Shown here: positions 52,329 through 64,000 of the stretch, in pieces
Position numbering within the stretch: the stretch's first letter is position 1
Layout of the letters: the number at the start of each line of letters is the position of its first letter
NCBI RefSeq assembly: GCF_009834535.1
Contig: NC_045696.1
Coordinates: 31,932,001-31,996,000 of the forward strand
Direction of reading: 5' to 3'
From: Camelus ferus
Taxonomy: Eukaryota
Length of the DNA: 64,000 nucleotides
Notes under the pieces: model-generated
Seen by the model: only the letters and a program-made list of their open reading frames with translations
Told to the model about the DNA's origin: nothing
Databases searched by the model: none
Program-made: the position numbers and the translations under genes

Positions 52329-54389
52329 GTTTCTTCTTCAGTGAAATTCCTGATTATTTCTGTTGCTCAATTTTTATTGCTTTGTCTTTATCTTATTGAT
52401 TCATAGCAATTATTTAATATATATTCTTGATATATGCTATGTTTGTTTTATGTGTTATAAAATCCTTCTCTTGGACTGTTAACAGACTTTCACATTTTAT
52501 AAGTGTATTTTGATGAATGTAAATTCCATCTGAGATTATTTTTCTGTGTATTTTGTGTTAGGGATCCCATTGTTCCAGGACCATTTATTGCCCACTAATC
52601 TACATTACCTCTTCCTGAATTTAGGGAATGTCAGACAAACATTTGTGTTATCTAAGATTTAAACTAAGCTCAAACACAGATAATAACTAAATTACTGGGG
52701 CTATAGACTATGCCAAATGAGGCATTGTATTTCTCTCTGGCTGCAGGTACAGTTATGTCCCAAGGTTAATTCTTCAAAGTAAGGATATTAAGATTTTTTT
52801 GGTCTCATTTATTACTGAAGCTCTTAAATTGGTAAATCTTACTAGGTTTTACCAGATTCAGGTCCTTGATAGAGAAAATACAGAAATGGGAGTTTAGTGA
52901 CCTGGATTGTAAAATCTTAGGTGTATGTTCTTTTATTTTGTATCCTTGAAAAACAAAAAGACTCTGAGTCTCTAAGTATTGTCTGTAACAACATCAAAAT
53001 CAGAAATATGTCCCTACCCAACTTACTAGTTTAATCACTTATCCAAAGAGTATTGTTCATTGATTATGGTAAACTGCAGCATTGATTTTAGATTATATTT
53101 AAGCCATTATACTGAAGTGATCTTTCTAGTCTTGGTGTCAATTTCCATGTAGATAAATTATCAAATAATATCCTTCCATTATACTTCTTGTCACTCTGAT
53201 GACTATTTTGCATAGATAGAAAATACTGAGACTCTAGGAAAATTCTTTACAACTTCAAAAGAGTTTTCCTTTTATTAATGAGGTACTTGTTCTTCTCATT
53301 GATAATTCATTATCAAGACACGAACAGTTTTTATTTTGCTGCTCTTTTACTCCTTAATAGAAGGGAATCATTGTAAACAAAACTGTTCATACTTTTAATC
53401 AGTAATGATGCAATTGCCCACACACTCAGCCTATGTCTCTCTCTAAACATAAATCAGAAACCTAAAATAGTTAGAAGCATTTCAGAAAGAAAAGAGGGGC
53501 AAAAGCAACTCCCTTAGCAATAACACATTTTCAGAATCAAAGCATCTTTCTGGAGACATAGTGGAATAATAATTCATGGGTTGTAAATTACCTGCTTTCT
53601 TTATTTGATACAATTTATTAATACCTGAAGTTAGCCAGCATATTATGATTAAGCAAAGCACTGGAAATGTTAAATAATAAAAAGTGATAGAAGTTCTATC
53701 ACATATGAAAAACAATTTGATCAATTGCTATATATACAAAATAGAAAAAGAAAAAGAAAGGCTGCATTTGCAATTTAAAGCTATCGGGCAGGTGTGTAAT
53801 GTCACATGTCTGCAGAAGCCTATTTAAAAATGCACATTTTAATACCAACTCATTGGCCCTATTCATTAAGGGGAAAAGTGCTGATTAGAAACAATTTTCA
53901 TTTTTTCAGTACACCCCAAGAGTTCTTTCTTTCTAAAAAAAAAAAAATAGATAAATCTTTCTAATTAGATAGTTTAGACTCATTTTTAATGAATTCATAA
54001 ATTTTTATGAATTCATAAATATGCTTTCTCAGAGATCATTGCTTAAGCAGTATATACATATGCATATGTATTTACATAATATATAAATTAAATATACATG
54101 TATATATAAAGATGACTATGAAATAATTTTATAAAATAAACAATAAATATAATAAATTTGTATTATATCCTACTATAGTTTAAATATAAGCAATGTAAGA
54201 TTTTAAATACCATAAAATTCAACATGACATTAAAAATTAATGAGAATGCTTCTTCTTATCCATTTTCTATGTTTTTCTGTGGGAAGAGCCATTTTTTTCT
54301 CTTATGTCTCCTTTTCAAAGAAAATATTGCTATTAGAATTCTTGTTCATTCAAGCTAGATCTTAATAAGTATGTATTTAATTCTGTAAC

Positions 54390-55290
54390 TGGAGCTTTTA
54401 AAGTAAGAGTGGTATATGATTTGATTTATGTTTTAGAAGCACACATTTATAGCAATGCCAAAGATAATGAAAGGTCAAGATATTCATGAGCCAACCATAG
54501 GAGTCAAGGAAATTAGTAGGCCATCATTACAGAACCGAAAAAGGGATGATGAGCCTGCAAACAAGAGAGGTAGCTGTGGGAATGAAAAGTAGAAGACAGA
54601 TCCCAAAGATATTAAGGAGATGGAATTAACACGATGTGCTGACTGATTGAATGTGAGAGATGAGATAAATGGATGAGTTGAGGATCATAATGAGGTTTCT
54701 TAGCTTGGATGACTCACTGAATCGTGATTCTATTAACTGAAAGGAAATACAGAGGAAAGAGCAGTTTTGGAGAGGAAGATAACAGCTCTGACCTACAATG
54801 TGTTGAAACTCAAGTCTTTTATGGGGCATTCACATGAAATATATCTAGTAAGCTGTTTCAGAATACAGGTCTATACCACATGATAGGGAGGTATTATAAA
54901 TTAAGGTTTGGAAATAATTGAAATAAAGGATCACTGTTATGTATCTATTAAGTTAACCCACTAGAATCATGTAGAATAAGCAGAGAAATGGTCCAATAAT
55001 TGAACCCTGTGAAATGCAAATTTTTAAGAAGTAGGTAGTGAAAAGGAAATCAGGACAGAGGGCAGAAAAGGCGTGGCCAGAAAGAAGAGAACCAAATTAA
55101 GGAACTGGATATTATCTCATTGAGTTTAAAGAGGGAAGGAGGGGCCTAAATTATTAATTGCTGCACAAATTTGGAGAAGGCTTAACATTACAAGATGACA
55201 TATGACTTTTAGAGCATTTATCCGAGGAGTTGTTTGGGGAAGATACCAAATTGCAGTGGGGAGAGAAGTGAACTAGAGGATGAAGAACTG
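54390..55290 (-). mobile_element. L2 remnant
   Basis: tgactgattgaatgtgagag...gaggtttcttagcttgg...gaggaaagagcagttttgg. Confidence 0.75.
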
Positions 55291-56109
55291 ATAATCCGAT
55301 GAAACTGTCCTTAGTTGTTGTCTTGTGTATCAGTCCTATTTAATGCTATGGTAAAACTCCTTTGTTATACTTCAACTTGAGTTAGCTCTAAGTTGGTATT
55401 GCTGTTAGGCCTATATTTTTCATAGCTATGGGTCCCTTCCTTAAGTAGTACTTAATTGAGATTAGTCCCCAGGCTTAAAGACATTTAGAGCTAAAATTCC
55501 AGTCATCACCCTCACTAATCCTGGGAATTTGTCAATTTCCTGTCTCTGTAAGTCCTCCCCTCTCTCTGAATGGTTTGGTTTTGATGTAACTATGAAGGCT
55601 ACTTAACCCCTTAAAGGAAGAGATTTACTTGACTCAGGTTGGAAAGTAATATCTGAGACAAAACTTAAAAGTATGTGAGATGGTGAGGTATACCATCATA
55701 TCAGAAGGTAATGTTTCTATTTGTTAGATGCCCTACCTTAGGACAAATAAGTAGATCATGAATAAAACTTAAGACACTTGGTAAAATCCTTTGGCAAATC
55801 TGGTATACACTCTTTTGAGACCACACTACGTATATTAATTCCAGTTTTGTTTCTACAAGATATAGATTAAATCATTCTCAAAGCAACCAGAACCTACCTA
55901 AAGACTCAACCTTAGATACCAGTGTAATAGAGTATCTTATTATTTGCTTAAACATGAATTATACCCTGGCAAACATTTATTATTAAGGTCTTGATAGAGG
56001 TCTACTCTAAAACACTGTATTTTCCACTAAATCTTCATTTAATTTTCAAATGTCCATCTTGCATACACCATCTTTCCAACTTGCTCAGTACTAGTTAGAA
56101 AGAGCAATA

Positions 56110-56590
56110 CGTATCATATTTATTTCCAGCAGGAAATAGATAACACATTCAAATTTGAATAAATAGAGGAGGGCTTAATAAAAGAACTATACACATAACT
56201 CTGCAGAAGGATAAAAAACCCATAAGAGACAGTGAAATATGCCAAGGTTGGCAAAGTTCCCATACCACCCTTAGGTATTTAGGATGGAAGACAGATTTGT
56301 TAGTAGGAAATTACAGACAGAGTTATGAGGTATGCCGACTTGCTGAAGCTGAGGCCTTTCTATGGAAAGACACAGACCGTTTGCAGCATAGCCAAAGGAA
56401 GGGAGTAGAGAGTATGAATGTCTAATTCCATTCCCTCCTTGCCTGACTTCCATCCACTAGCAATGATTTCCAGTGATGGATCCCAGAAGGGAAGGGAGTC
56501 TATTGGTGTGGTCAGTACAAGTTAGCCTCCAGGGACATAAAACTGGAGGGGAAAGCATGAAGAAAAGATGTGGATGGGGTTAAAAATAAA
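56110..56590 (-). mobile_element. Old ERVL LTR (LTR40/41-like)
   Basis: ccagcaggaaatagataacacattcaaa...ttaataaaagaactat. Confidence 0.55.
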
Positions 56591-56679
56591 TATGTGTGTG
56601 TGTGTGTATTTTATATATATATGTGTATATATATTTTATATATATGTGTGTGTGTGTATATATATATATATATAAATAA

Positions 56680-57440
56680 ATAAAATGAACAAAAGGGTGT
56701 TCAACATGATTTGTCCTTAAGGAAATGAAAATTTAAAACAAAATAACATTCCACACACCTACTGGAATATTTAAAAAACAACAACAGCAACAACAAAACT
56801 GAAATACCAGACAGATACTGGTGAAGATATAGAGCCATTTAAGCTGTCATATGTTATTCTCCAGAGTGTAAATTGATAGAACTTTGGTATATTCTCCAAA
56901 AACTGAGCATAGCTTATGACCAAACTCTTTCATTTCTAGATATATAGAAATGTGTTATTTCGTATACCAATAGACTATACAAGAATATTAATAATAACAC
57001 TATTTATAATAGTCAAAAGTAGAAACAATCCAAATGTCCACCAACAGTGGAATAAAGTGATAAATTGTGGTATATTCATATGATGTAATACAATATAACA
57101 ATGAAGTAGAGCTTCCAGTAGCATGGATACAACTAACAAATAGTGATTAGTAAAAGCAGCCAAGCACTAAAGAAAACATATAGTATGTTTTCATTTGCAT
57201 AACATTCAAAAAAGGATAAATTAATCTGTAGTGATAAAGGTCAGAATCATGGTTACCTGGGGAAGTATAATTACTGGGAAGAGCTATAAGTAAAGCTTCT
57301 GGCCTGCTGGTACTGTTCTGTATCTTGATTTGGGTGGTGGCTATGCAGATATGAGAGCTTTGCAAATACACATCAAGCTGAAACTTATCATTCGCTCTCT
57401 TTTATGTATGTATCTTATAACTGAATTTTTGAAAGATTTT
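56680..57440 (+). mobile_element. Old L1MC/MD/ME-type 3' end
   Basis: gaaacaatccaaatgtccaccaacagtggaat...ctgtatcttgatttgggtggtggcta. Confidence 0.85.
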
Positions 57441-57801
57441 TCTTAAAAGAAGGAAATAAGGAAAGTATGTCTGAAAAGTCAAATAAAATTATCTAGTACA
57501 ACAATGGGTGAGATATTTTCCCAAGCTCTAGCTTTGTCTAGCACTTCTTGGAGAGAGATTGCTCCAGTAGGGTGAGCAATTTCTGATCTGGGCATGAGAG
57601 GTCATCATGTGGTAAATAAAATGTAATAGCTGCATATCCTTAGAATCAAGAAATCTTGCATTTAGCTGTAGTCACATCACAAACCGTTTGTTAATCTCTT
57701 CGTGCCTCATTTTTTCCCAACTGTAAACTGATGGATTAAAAGAAATGATTATTAAGATTTCTCTTCTGCCAAATCTGTGACTTTCTTACCAAGTAACCAA
57801 T

Positions 57802-57824
57802 GATAGATAGATAGATAGGTAAAT

Positions 57825-57877
<53 letters not shown>

Positions 57878-57880
57878 ATG

Positions 57881-57929
<49 letters not shown>

Positions 57930-57953
57930 ATGGATAGATAGATGATAGGTAGA
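57802..57953. repeat. Interrupted (GATA)n microsatellite
   Basis: Read directly. Confidence 0.98.
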
Positions 57954-60900
57954 TTAGTGATGCGAGAAAGGCAAGTTCTTTATGCTTTTTTGTATGTGTA
58001 TGTCTTTGTAGATGTACTCCAGACACATCAATATGAAATTATAATCAATAAAAATCCAGCAGTTGCAATTCTAAAAAAACAAGCTAACAAGATTAGCAAT
58101 AAGATAAAAGCCAAATAGAACATAGACCAAATAAAGTTCTAAATTGACCAATATTTTAAATTAAGTATCAGAAGAAGCTAGACACATGAGTGTGTACGAC
58201 AAAGAGCAGTCTATGCTGCATACTACATTTTTGTAGTTTGATGGTCTAAATTTATCCCATCAGCAAGACTGGTCTTATATCTAAAGGAAACTAATCAATA
58301 ATTAAATAGAGAAGTACTTGCCTGCTTAGCAGATCCCATATTTTAAAATACAAATAAGATTTTCCTTCAAGAGAAAATATGTTTTCATGATAGGTATGAA
58401 GATAAAGTCTGTTGTTTTTTTTTTAAACAGTGCATCTGACTGTAATTAAGCCTCTATTAGGCCTGTTGTTTATTTTTAAGTTCAAATTTACTTAACAGCC
58501 ATTAAAATCTCAGCATTTGCATTTGCCTGTAGTGAGATTTTTCTGTGTGCTCCACCGTGGCTCACAGCAGGCAGTCGAGCCTAATAATAATGGCATGTTA
58601 ACATTAGAAGTCACCAAGCCGGCAGAGAAATTAAGATATGAAATGATGTTTAAACACTAATCTTTATTTTAAATGTATGATTTTATAAATCATTTTAGTT
58701 GCATAAGCAGGTGAGTTTTAATTTGTTTTATGTTCTTTAAGATAGTTCATTTTTCTTTTGGATTAGTTGGAATAAACTCATCCACAGCTTAATAGCAAAT
58801 AAGTAGAGCCAAACTGAATGAAAATAGAATGTAGAATGTAAGAACCTCGGCTGTAGACTCCAGTAGATCTGTGTTCAAAAATAGATAACAAAATACCACA
58901 ATTTTTTGAAAAAAAAAGTTTATTATTAAATTATCTCCACATTAAAACACAGTGTACCCCCAAAATTAAAATTAAGAAAAACTAAACAGAAAATTTTAGG
59001 ACTGTAAAAGAAATAGAGAGTATATACTCCTCATATTAAATAGTTGGCAGCAGGCAGGGACTTCTCAAGGCAGGATAAATTAAATGAAAATCCAGCAAAT
59101 ACATTGAGATGGTGCCTTTAATATTACCCCTTGTTCCTGCCCAAACACTGAACAAATCGAGAAATAAGATAAAGTATTTGGCATATGGAGACCTGATAGA
59201 ATTGCTATTAAAAAATACATATGTGGGCATATCTGCTCCCCAAAACTGAGGCACAAAATTAGACAGACTTATGACAAGCAGCACTGGAACCAAATAGGCC
59301 TAGTTCCAGGAGAAGCAAATAGAACCTAGATTTCTGCCTGCAGTTTGCTCACTATAAAGAGGGAGGGTGAGAAGGAGAATTATGCGAATAGATGTCTTTC
59401 CAACTGAAAGAAAAATCAGGAGTGGGGAGTAAATGCCCCATAGTATTTTTAAAAAATCTAAATGTTTAGCAGTCACAAAGTGTGAGGAAGCATTTTGCAA
59501 AAAGGAAATGTGAAATATGGGCCCTGATACAATAAAGTATCATCAAAGGGATCCTGTTTCTTTAGTTAAGGAAAAAAAATCAGCAGCACTTATATGAGAA
59601 GCATAGAATCCAAACTGGCACTGAGCAGAAACCTATCATTTATCCATAAGTATCTTTATGTTTTCAACAGGCATTCAATGAGAAGGGATTTGAAATGCAG
59701 TGTATTATCTATAGTTTATTTGATACAATCCTCCTAAATTAATTGATATATAAAGATTTATTTTTAATGTGCAGATTTCTATACTATAAAGTTTTTATTG
59801 TTATTATATAATTTTTTAATTAAAGCATTTATCCAAAGTGTCTTTACAGAGAAGAATTTGTGCTAAATAGAATTCATTTGAATATCTATTTTAGTCAATA
59901 GCTATTGCTGGAGTTGGTCAAAGAACACATGTAGCATCTTTAAGGGACGAAGGCTTAAGAAACGCTTTTTTTTAATATCAAGGAGAGCTTTGAAACAGTA
60001 ATTTGATTATTTCAAGTCTCTTCAATAATACAAGTGATTACTGTCATACCCACATTTTAAAAATAGTAAATGAGATTTTAGCTTTTTAGAAATTTGTACG
60101 TACATTCTTATCTCTAGAATTTTTCCTACTCAGTTGAAACCAAAATAGTGTCCTTTGTGCAGAATGGGAGAAGATTAAAAATTTCAAAAGTATTGACTTA
60201 TCTCTTATGGAAAAGTAGAATATTGGTATGTTGCTATAAATACTACCAGTGGTTTGCAGAAAGAGTGTATTTAAAATAAAGAGGTGAGAAGTTAAAATTG
60301 TGCTATTTATCCATTGCATTTACTATAGATTGAAAGGGATTTGTAAGTCAGAAGGAGTGAAATGAAAGCACGAAAAGGTCAGAGAAAGTTACCAGGAAAG
60401 AATGCAGAATAGGTATATGTGCCACTCGGGAAAAACACAACAGGAAAGGCATAAAGATAATGGCACACATCTTTGTTTAGATGTATAAAATTCAGTGCCA
60501 GATTTAGTCTTTAAGCTGTGGATTAAGTAATCTAAATAGAGAATTTTCCATTGTCAATGTGTACTTAAGTGCCTCTATTTTAGATGGGTTTGTTTCATTG
60601 ATTGTTGAGCCTAATAATGGTAGTATCTAAATGGTGTTTGATTGGCACAATGCTCATAGTACAAGTGAGTGACTTTCTGCCATAGCTCCTATGTCTGTAT
60701 CACTGGAAACAGTTTTCTTAAAGCTGGCTTAAGAGTGACAGAATTAAGAAAGTAAATTCAACAAAAGAAATAACATTTTATGCCACAGTTAGGACTCAGC
60801 AAGGATAGTAAAAAGAATGGGCAAAGAAAAACCTTTTAGAGTTATGGAATTCATAATTTTCTACTTGTCCTATTTAAAGTGAGTGTAATCCTTCAACTAA

Positions 60901-61539
60901 GATCTATTATGTGATATATTATGTTAATGTTACGTTTCCCCAACTCATGTCTATGTGCTTTTCCCAGATATATTTGTAACTTACAAAGGTAGAGGTGAAT
61001 GCTATAATTACCATCACCAAGTAGCTTATTTATTAATTTATGCAAAGCCCTTTTGCTGCTCAAAATCACTAATGTTTCTCCCTGTATTTCTCTGCTACTA
61101 AGGAATCAATGTTTCTCCTCATCTATTCGTGCAAATTCCATTCATGTTAAATTGATGGGCTAATAAGAGTACTTTTCTGGACTATGTAGTAAACATAATT
61201 TGCTAAATTTATTTATATATATATAAATCTTTCCAGTATATTCCATGCTATTCTAAGCATTTGATAATGATAAATCTTACAAATGTCTCTGAAGTGATGC
61301 CTCAAAGTGTTGATGAAAGTAAAGATTAATAAACTTACATCCTTACAGCATTTTATATTTTCAAAGCTGTTTTATTTTCAAACTTCATTTGGCCTCTTCT
61401 TACAACACAATGATTTAGATCAGCAGACAGGTAAAACTACACACCTTTAAAGACAGGACAGTTGGGTGCCTTGACAAGTTAAGTGAAAAATTTGACAAGA
61501 CAATGGTGAATTGATACAAAACTACCTGTCTGTTGAACC

Positions 61540-62030
61540 TGTTGGGAAAATGTAATTAAAAATAAAATTGACTCCCAACCCAGAAATCCTTTCCACAATG
61601 GTAGAGAAAGAAAACACTTTTATTATAAAATAAGCAGTAAACCAGAATATGAGGGGCAATCACAGGCAGTTCACTAAGACTTTGCAAAGGCAGAAAGAAA
61701 TCTCACTCCCTTGTATAGCATAGTGGATATAACCCATCATATATGTTTTCAAGATAAATAATAACTAGTTCTCAAGGAAGAGGACTGGACAACACCATTG
61801 GTCACACGTAGTTCATCCTAACTTTACCTAGTAATTTGAATGACCGTCTATGTTAGCTTATTGGTTTTATCCTAAGGAAAAATAAACTTATCTCTTTACA
61901 ATAGGAAGTAGTTTTGTAACTTGGAGCAAGATGCCTACCAAAGTCAGGCTGCTACCTTCCCACAGAAACTGAGAGAAGGGGTGCTACCACTCATGATCTT
62001 TACGTCTCAAAGAAATGACTCCCATGTTCT
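61540..62030 (-). mobile_element. ERV1 LTR (MER67-like), truncated at the L1 junction
   Basis: Reverse complement of 61850-62030 aligns with 49590-49800 of the other LTR; AATAAA on the minus strand at ~61620. Confidence 0.8.
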
Positions 62031-63645
62031 TTCTGACTTACTTCACTTAGAATGACAATCTCCAGGTCCATCCACGTTGCTGCAAATGGTATTATTTTAT
62101 TTTTTATGATTGAGTAGTATTCCATTGTGTGTGTGTGTGTATATGTATGTGTGTGTGTATATATATTCATGCATATATATATATACACATATGTGTATAT
62201 ATATATATGTATATATATATAAAAATCTCACATCTTCTTGATCCAGTCATCTGTTTATGGACATTTAGGTTGTTTCCCTGTCTTGACTATTGTAAATAGT
62301 GCTGCTGTAAACATTGGGGTGCATGTATTTTTTTGAATTAGAGTTTCCTCTGGATATATGCCCAGGAGTGGGATTGCTGGATCATATGTAAGTCTGTCTT
62401 TTAGTTTTTTGAGGAATCTCCATACTGTCCTCTGTAGTGGCTGCACCAATTTACATTCCCACCAACAGTGTAGGAGGGTTCCCTTTTCTCCACACCCTCT
62501 CCAGCATTTATCACTTTGTGGACTTTTTAATGGTGGCCATTCTGACAGGTGTGAGGTGATATCTCATTGTAGTTTCGATTTGCCTTTCTCTGACAATTAG
62601 TGATGTTGAGTATCTTTTCATATGCTTGTTGTCCCTCTGGATGTCTTCTTTGGAGACATGTCTATTTAAGTCTTCTGCCTATTTTTTGATTGGGTTGCTT
62701 GTTTTTGTTTTTGTTTTTGTTTTTTTTCTTGATTCTTAAGTTGTATGAGCTGTTTGTATATTTTGGAAATTAATCCCTTGTCAATCACATCATATGCAAT
62801 CATTTTTCTTCCATTCTGTGAGTTGTCTTTTTGTTTCGCTAATGGTAACCTTAGCTGTGCAAAAGCTTTTAAGTTTAATTAGATTACATTTGTTTATTTT
62901 TGCTTTTATTTCCATGACTCTAGGAGCTGGTTCAAAAAAATATTGCTGTGATGTAGGTCAAAGAGTGTTCTGCCTATGTTTTCCTCTAGGAGTTATATAG
63001 TATTTGGCCTTACATTTAGGTCTTTAATCCATTTTGAGTTTATTTTTGTATGTTGTGTTAGAGAATGTTCTAATTTCAAACATTTCTATGTAGCTGTCGA
63101 GTTTTCCCAGCACTACTTGTTGGAGAGTCTTTTCTCCTTGTATATTCTTGCCTCTTTTGTCATTGATAAATTGACCATAGTTTGTGGATTTATTTCTGGA
63201 CTTTCTATGCTGTTTCATTTACCTATGTGTCTGTTTTTGTACGTACTATACTATTTTGATTACTGTAGCTTTGTAGTATAGTCTAAAGTCAGGGATCATG
63301 ATTCCTACAGCTCCATTTTCCCTTTTCAAGACTGTTTTGGCTACTTAGGGTCTTTTGTGTTTTAAACAAAATTTAAAAGTTTTTATTCCAGCTCTGAGAA
63401 AAATGTCATTGGTAATTTAATAGGGATTGCATTGAATCTTTATATTGCCTTGGATAGTATGGCCATTTTAACAATATTGATTATTACAATCCAAGAACAC
63501 AGTAGATCTTTCCATCTGTTCGTGTTGTCTTCAATTACTTTCATCAATGTCTTACAGTTTTTGGAGTACAAGTCCTCTGGTTCCTTGGGTAGGTTTATTC
63601 CTACATATTTTATTCTTTTTGGTGCAATGGTAAATGAGATGGTTT
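62028..63645 (-). mobile_element. L1 ORF2 3' fragment, truncated at both ends, with a (TG)/(TA) microsatellite at 62125-62220
   Basis: Minus-strand peptides [22 protein letters not shown] and PFAATWMDLEIVILSEVSQKE. Confidence 0.95.
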
Positions 63646-64000
63646 TCCAGGAGATATTTTTAATAGAAGAAAGTAAAAAGTAGAGGAGTGTTTATAACAT
63701 GTATAAATTTTATGTAATTAAAAAAAGGAAGGTAATAAAAATATTTTTTCATACTCACTTATTTTACATAGTGAAACACTGAAAGACTACACAATATATT
63801 AGAAGAGTAATTATTTTAGGAAATAGAATGGGAGAAATTTGGTAGAAAGAGAAACAGGTACAATCAAATTTTCTCCATGTATATATTTTACTTAAATTTG
63901 ATCCATGTAAATATATTACCAAATAAAAAATAAAATTTAACTTAATAAAAATTAAATGAATCTTCTTGGAACCATGTGCCCACTTAAGCCTTAAGTAAGA

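Noticed and set aside
50256..52406. Two ORFs sharing GTWRNQIGRFVSRRSGKRHLFLTSQK, resembling paralogous genes
   Set aside because: They arise from the 122-bp duplication of frameshifted ERVL sequence.
57736..58026. ORF with (SIYL)n repeats
   Set aside because: Translation of the GATA microsatellite.
1..64000. CRISPR array, tRNA, rRNA, snRNA or processed pseudogene
   Set aside because: No regularly spaced repeat-spacer structure and no recognisable RNA gene or mRNA copy by eye.

Overview
AT-rich, CpG-poor eutherian mammal genomic DNA made up mostly of interspersed repeats. I found no recognisable host protein-coding gene, RNA gene, CRISPR array or prokaryote-type system. The listed ORFs are broken LINE-1/ERVL frames, microsatellite frames or chance frames. 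Main content: a full-length decayed minus-strand L1 with target-site duplications (29542-35958); a plus-strand artiodactyl-type L1 with most of its endonuclease domain deleted, abutting an ERV1 LTR (17384-23240); older L1M pieces; an ERVL LTR-gag-LTR remnant; many MaLR/ERV1/ERVL solo LTRs; L2; MIR; hAT and Tigger MITEs; microsatellites. Artiodactyl-type L1 3' ends with no PRE1, Bov or CHR SINEs suggest a camelid (inference). Best leads: a ~117-bp insertion inside an L1MB whose translation resembles a lentiviral protease flap (possibly just scrambled L1 ORF2), a 122-bp local non-tandem duplication, and a few non-repeat islands with enhancer or exon-like signals. Repeat family names come from recalled consensus similarity, not a search. 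Boundaries without TSDs are approximate.
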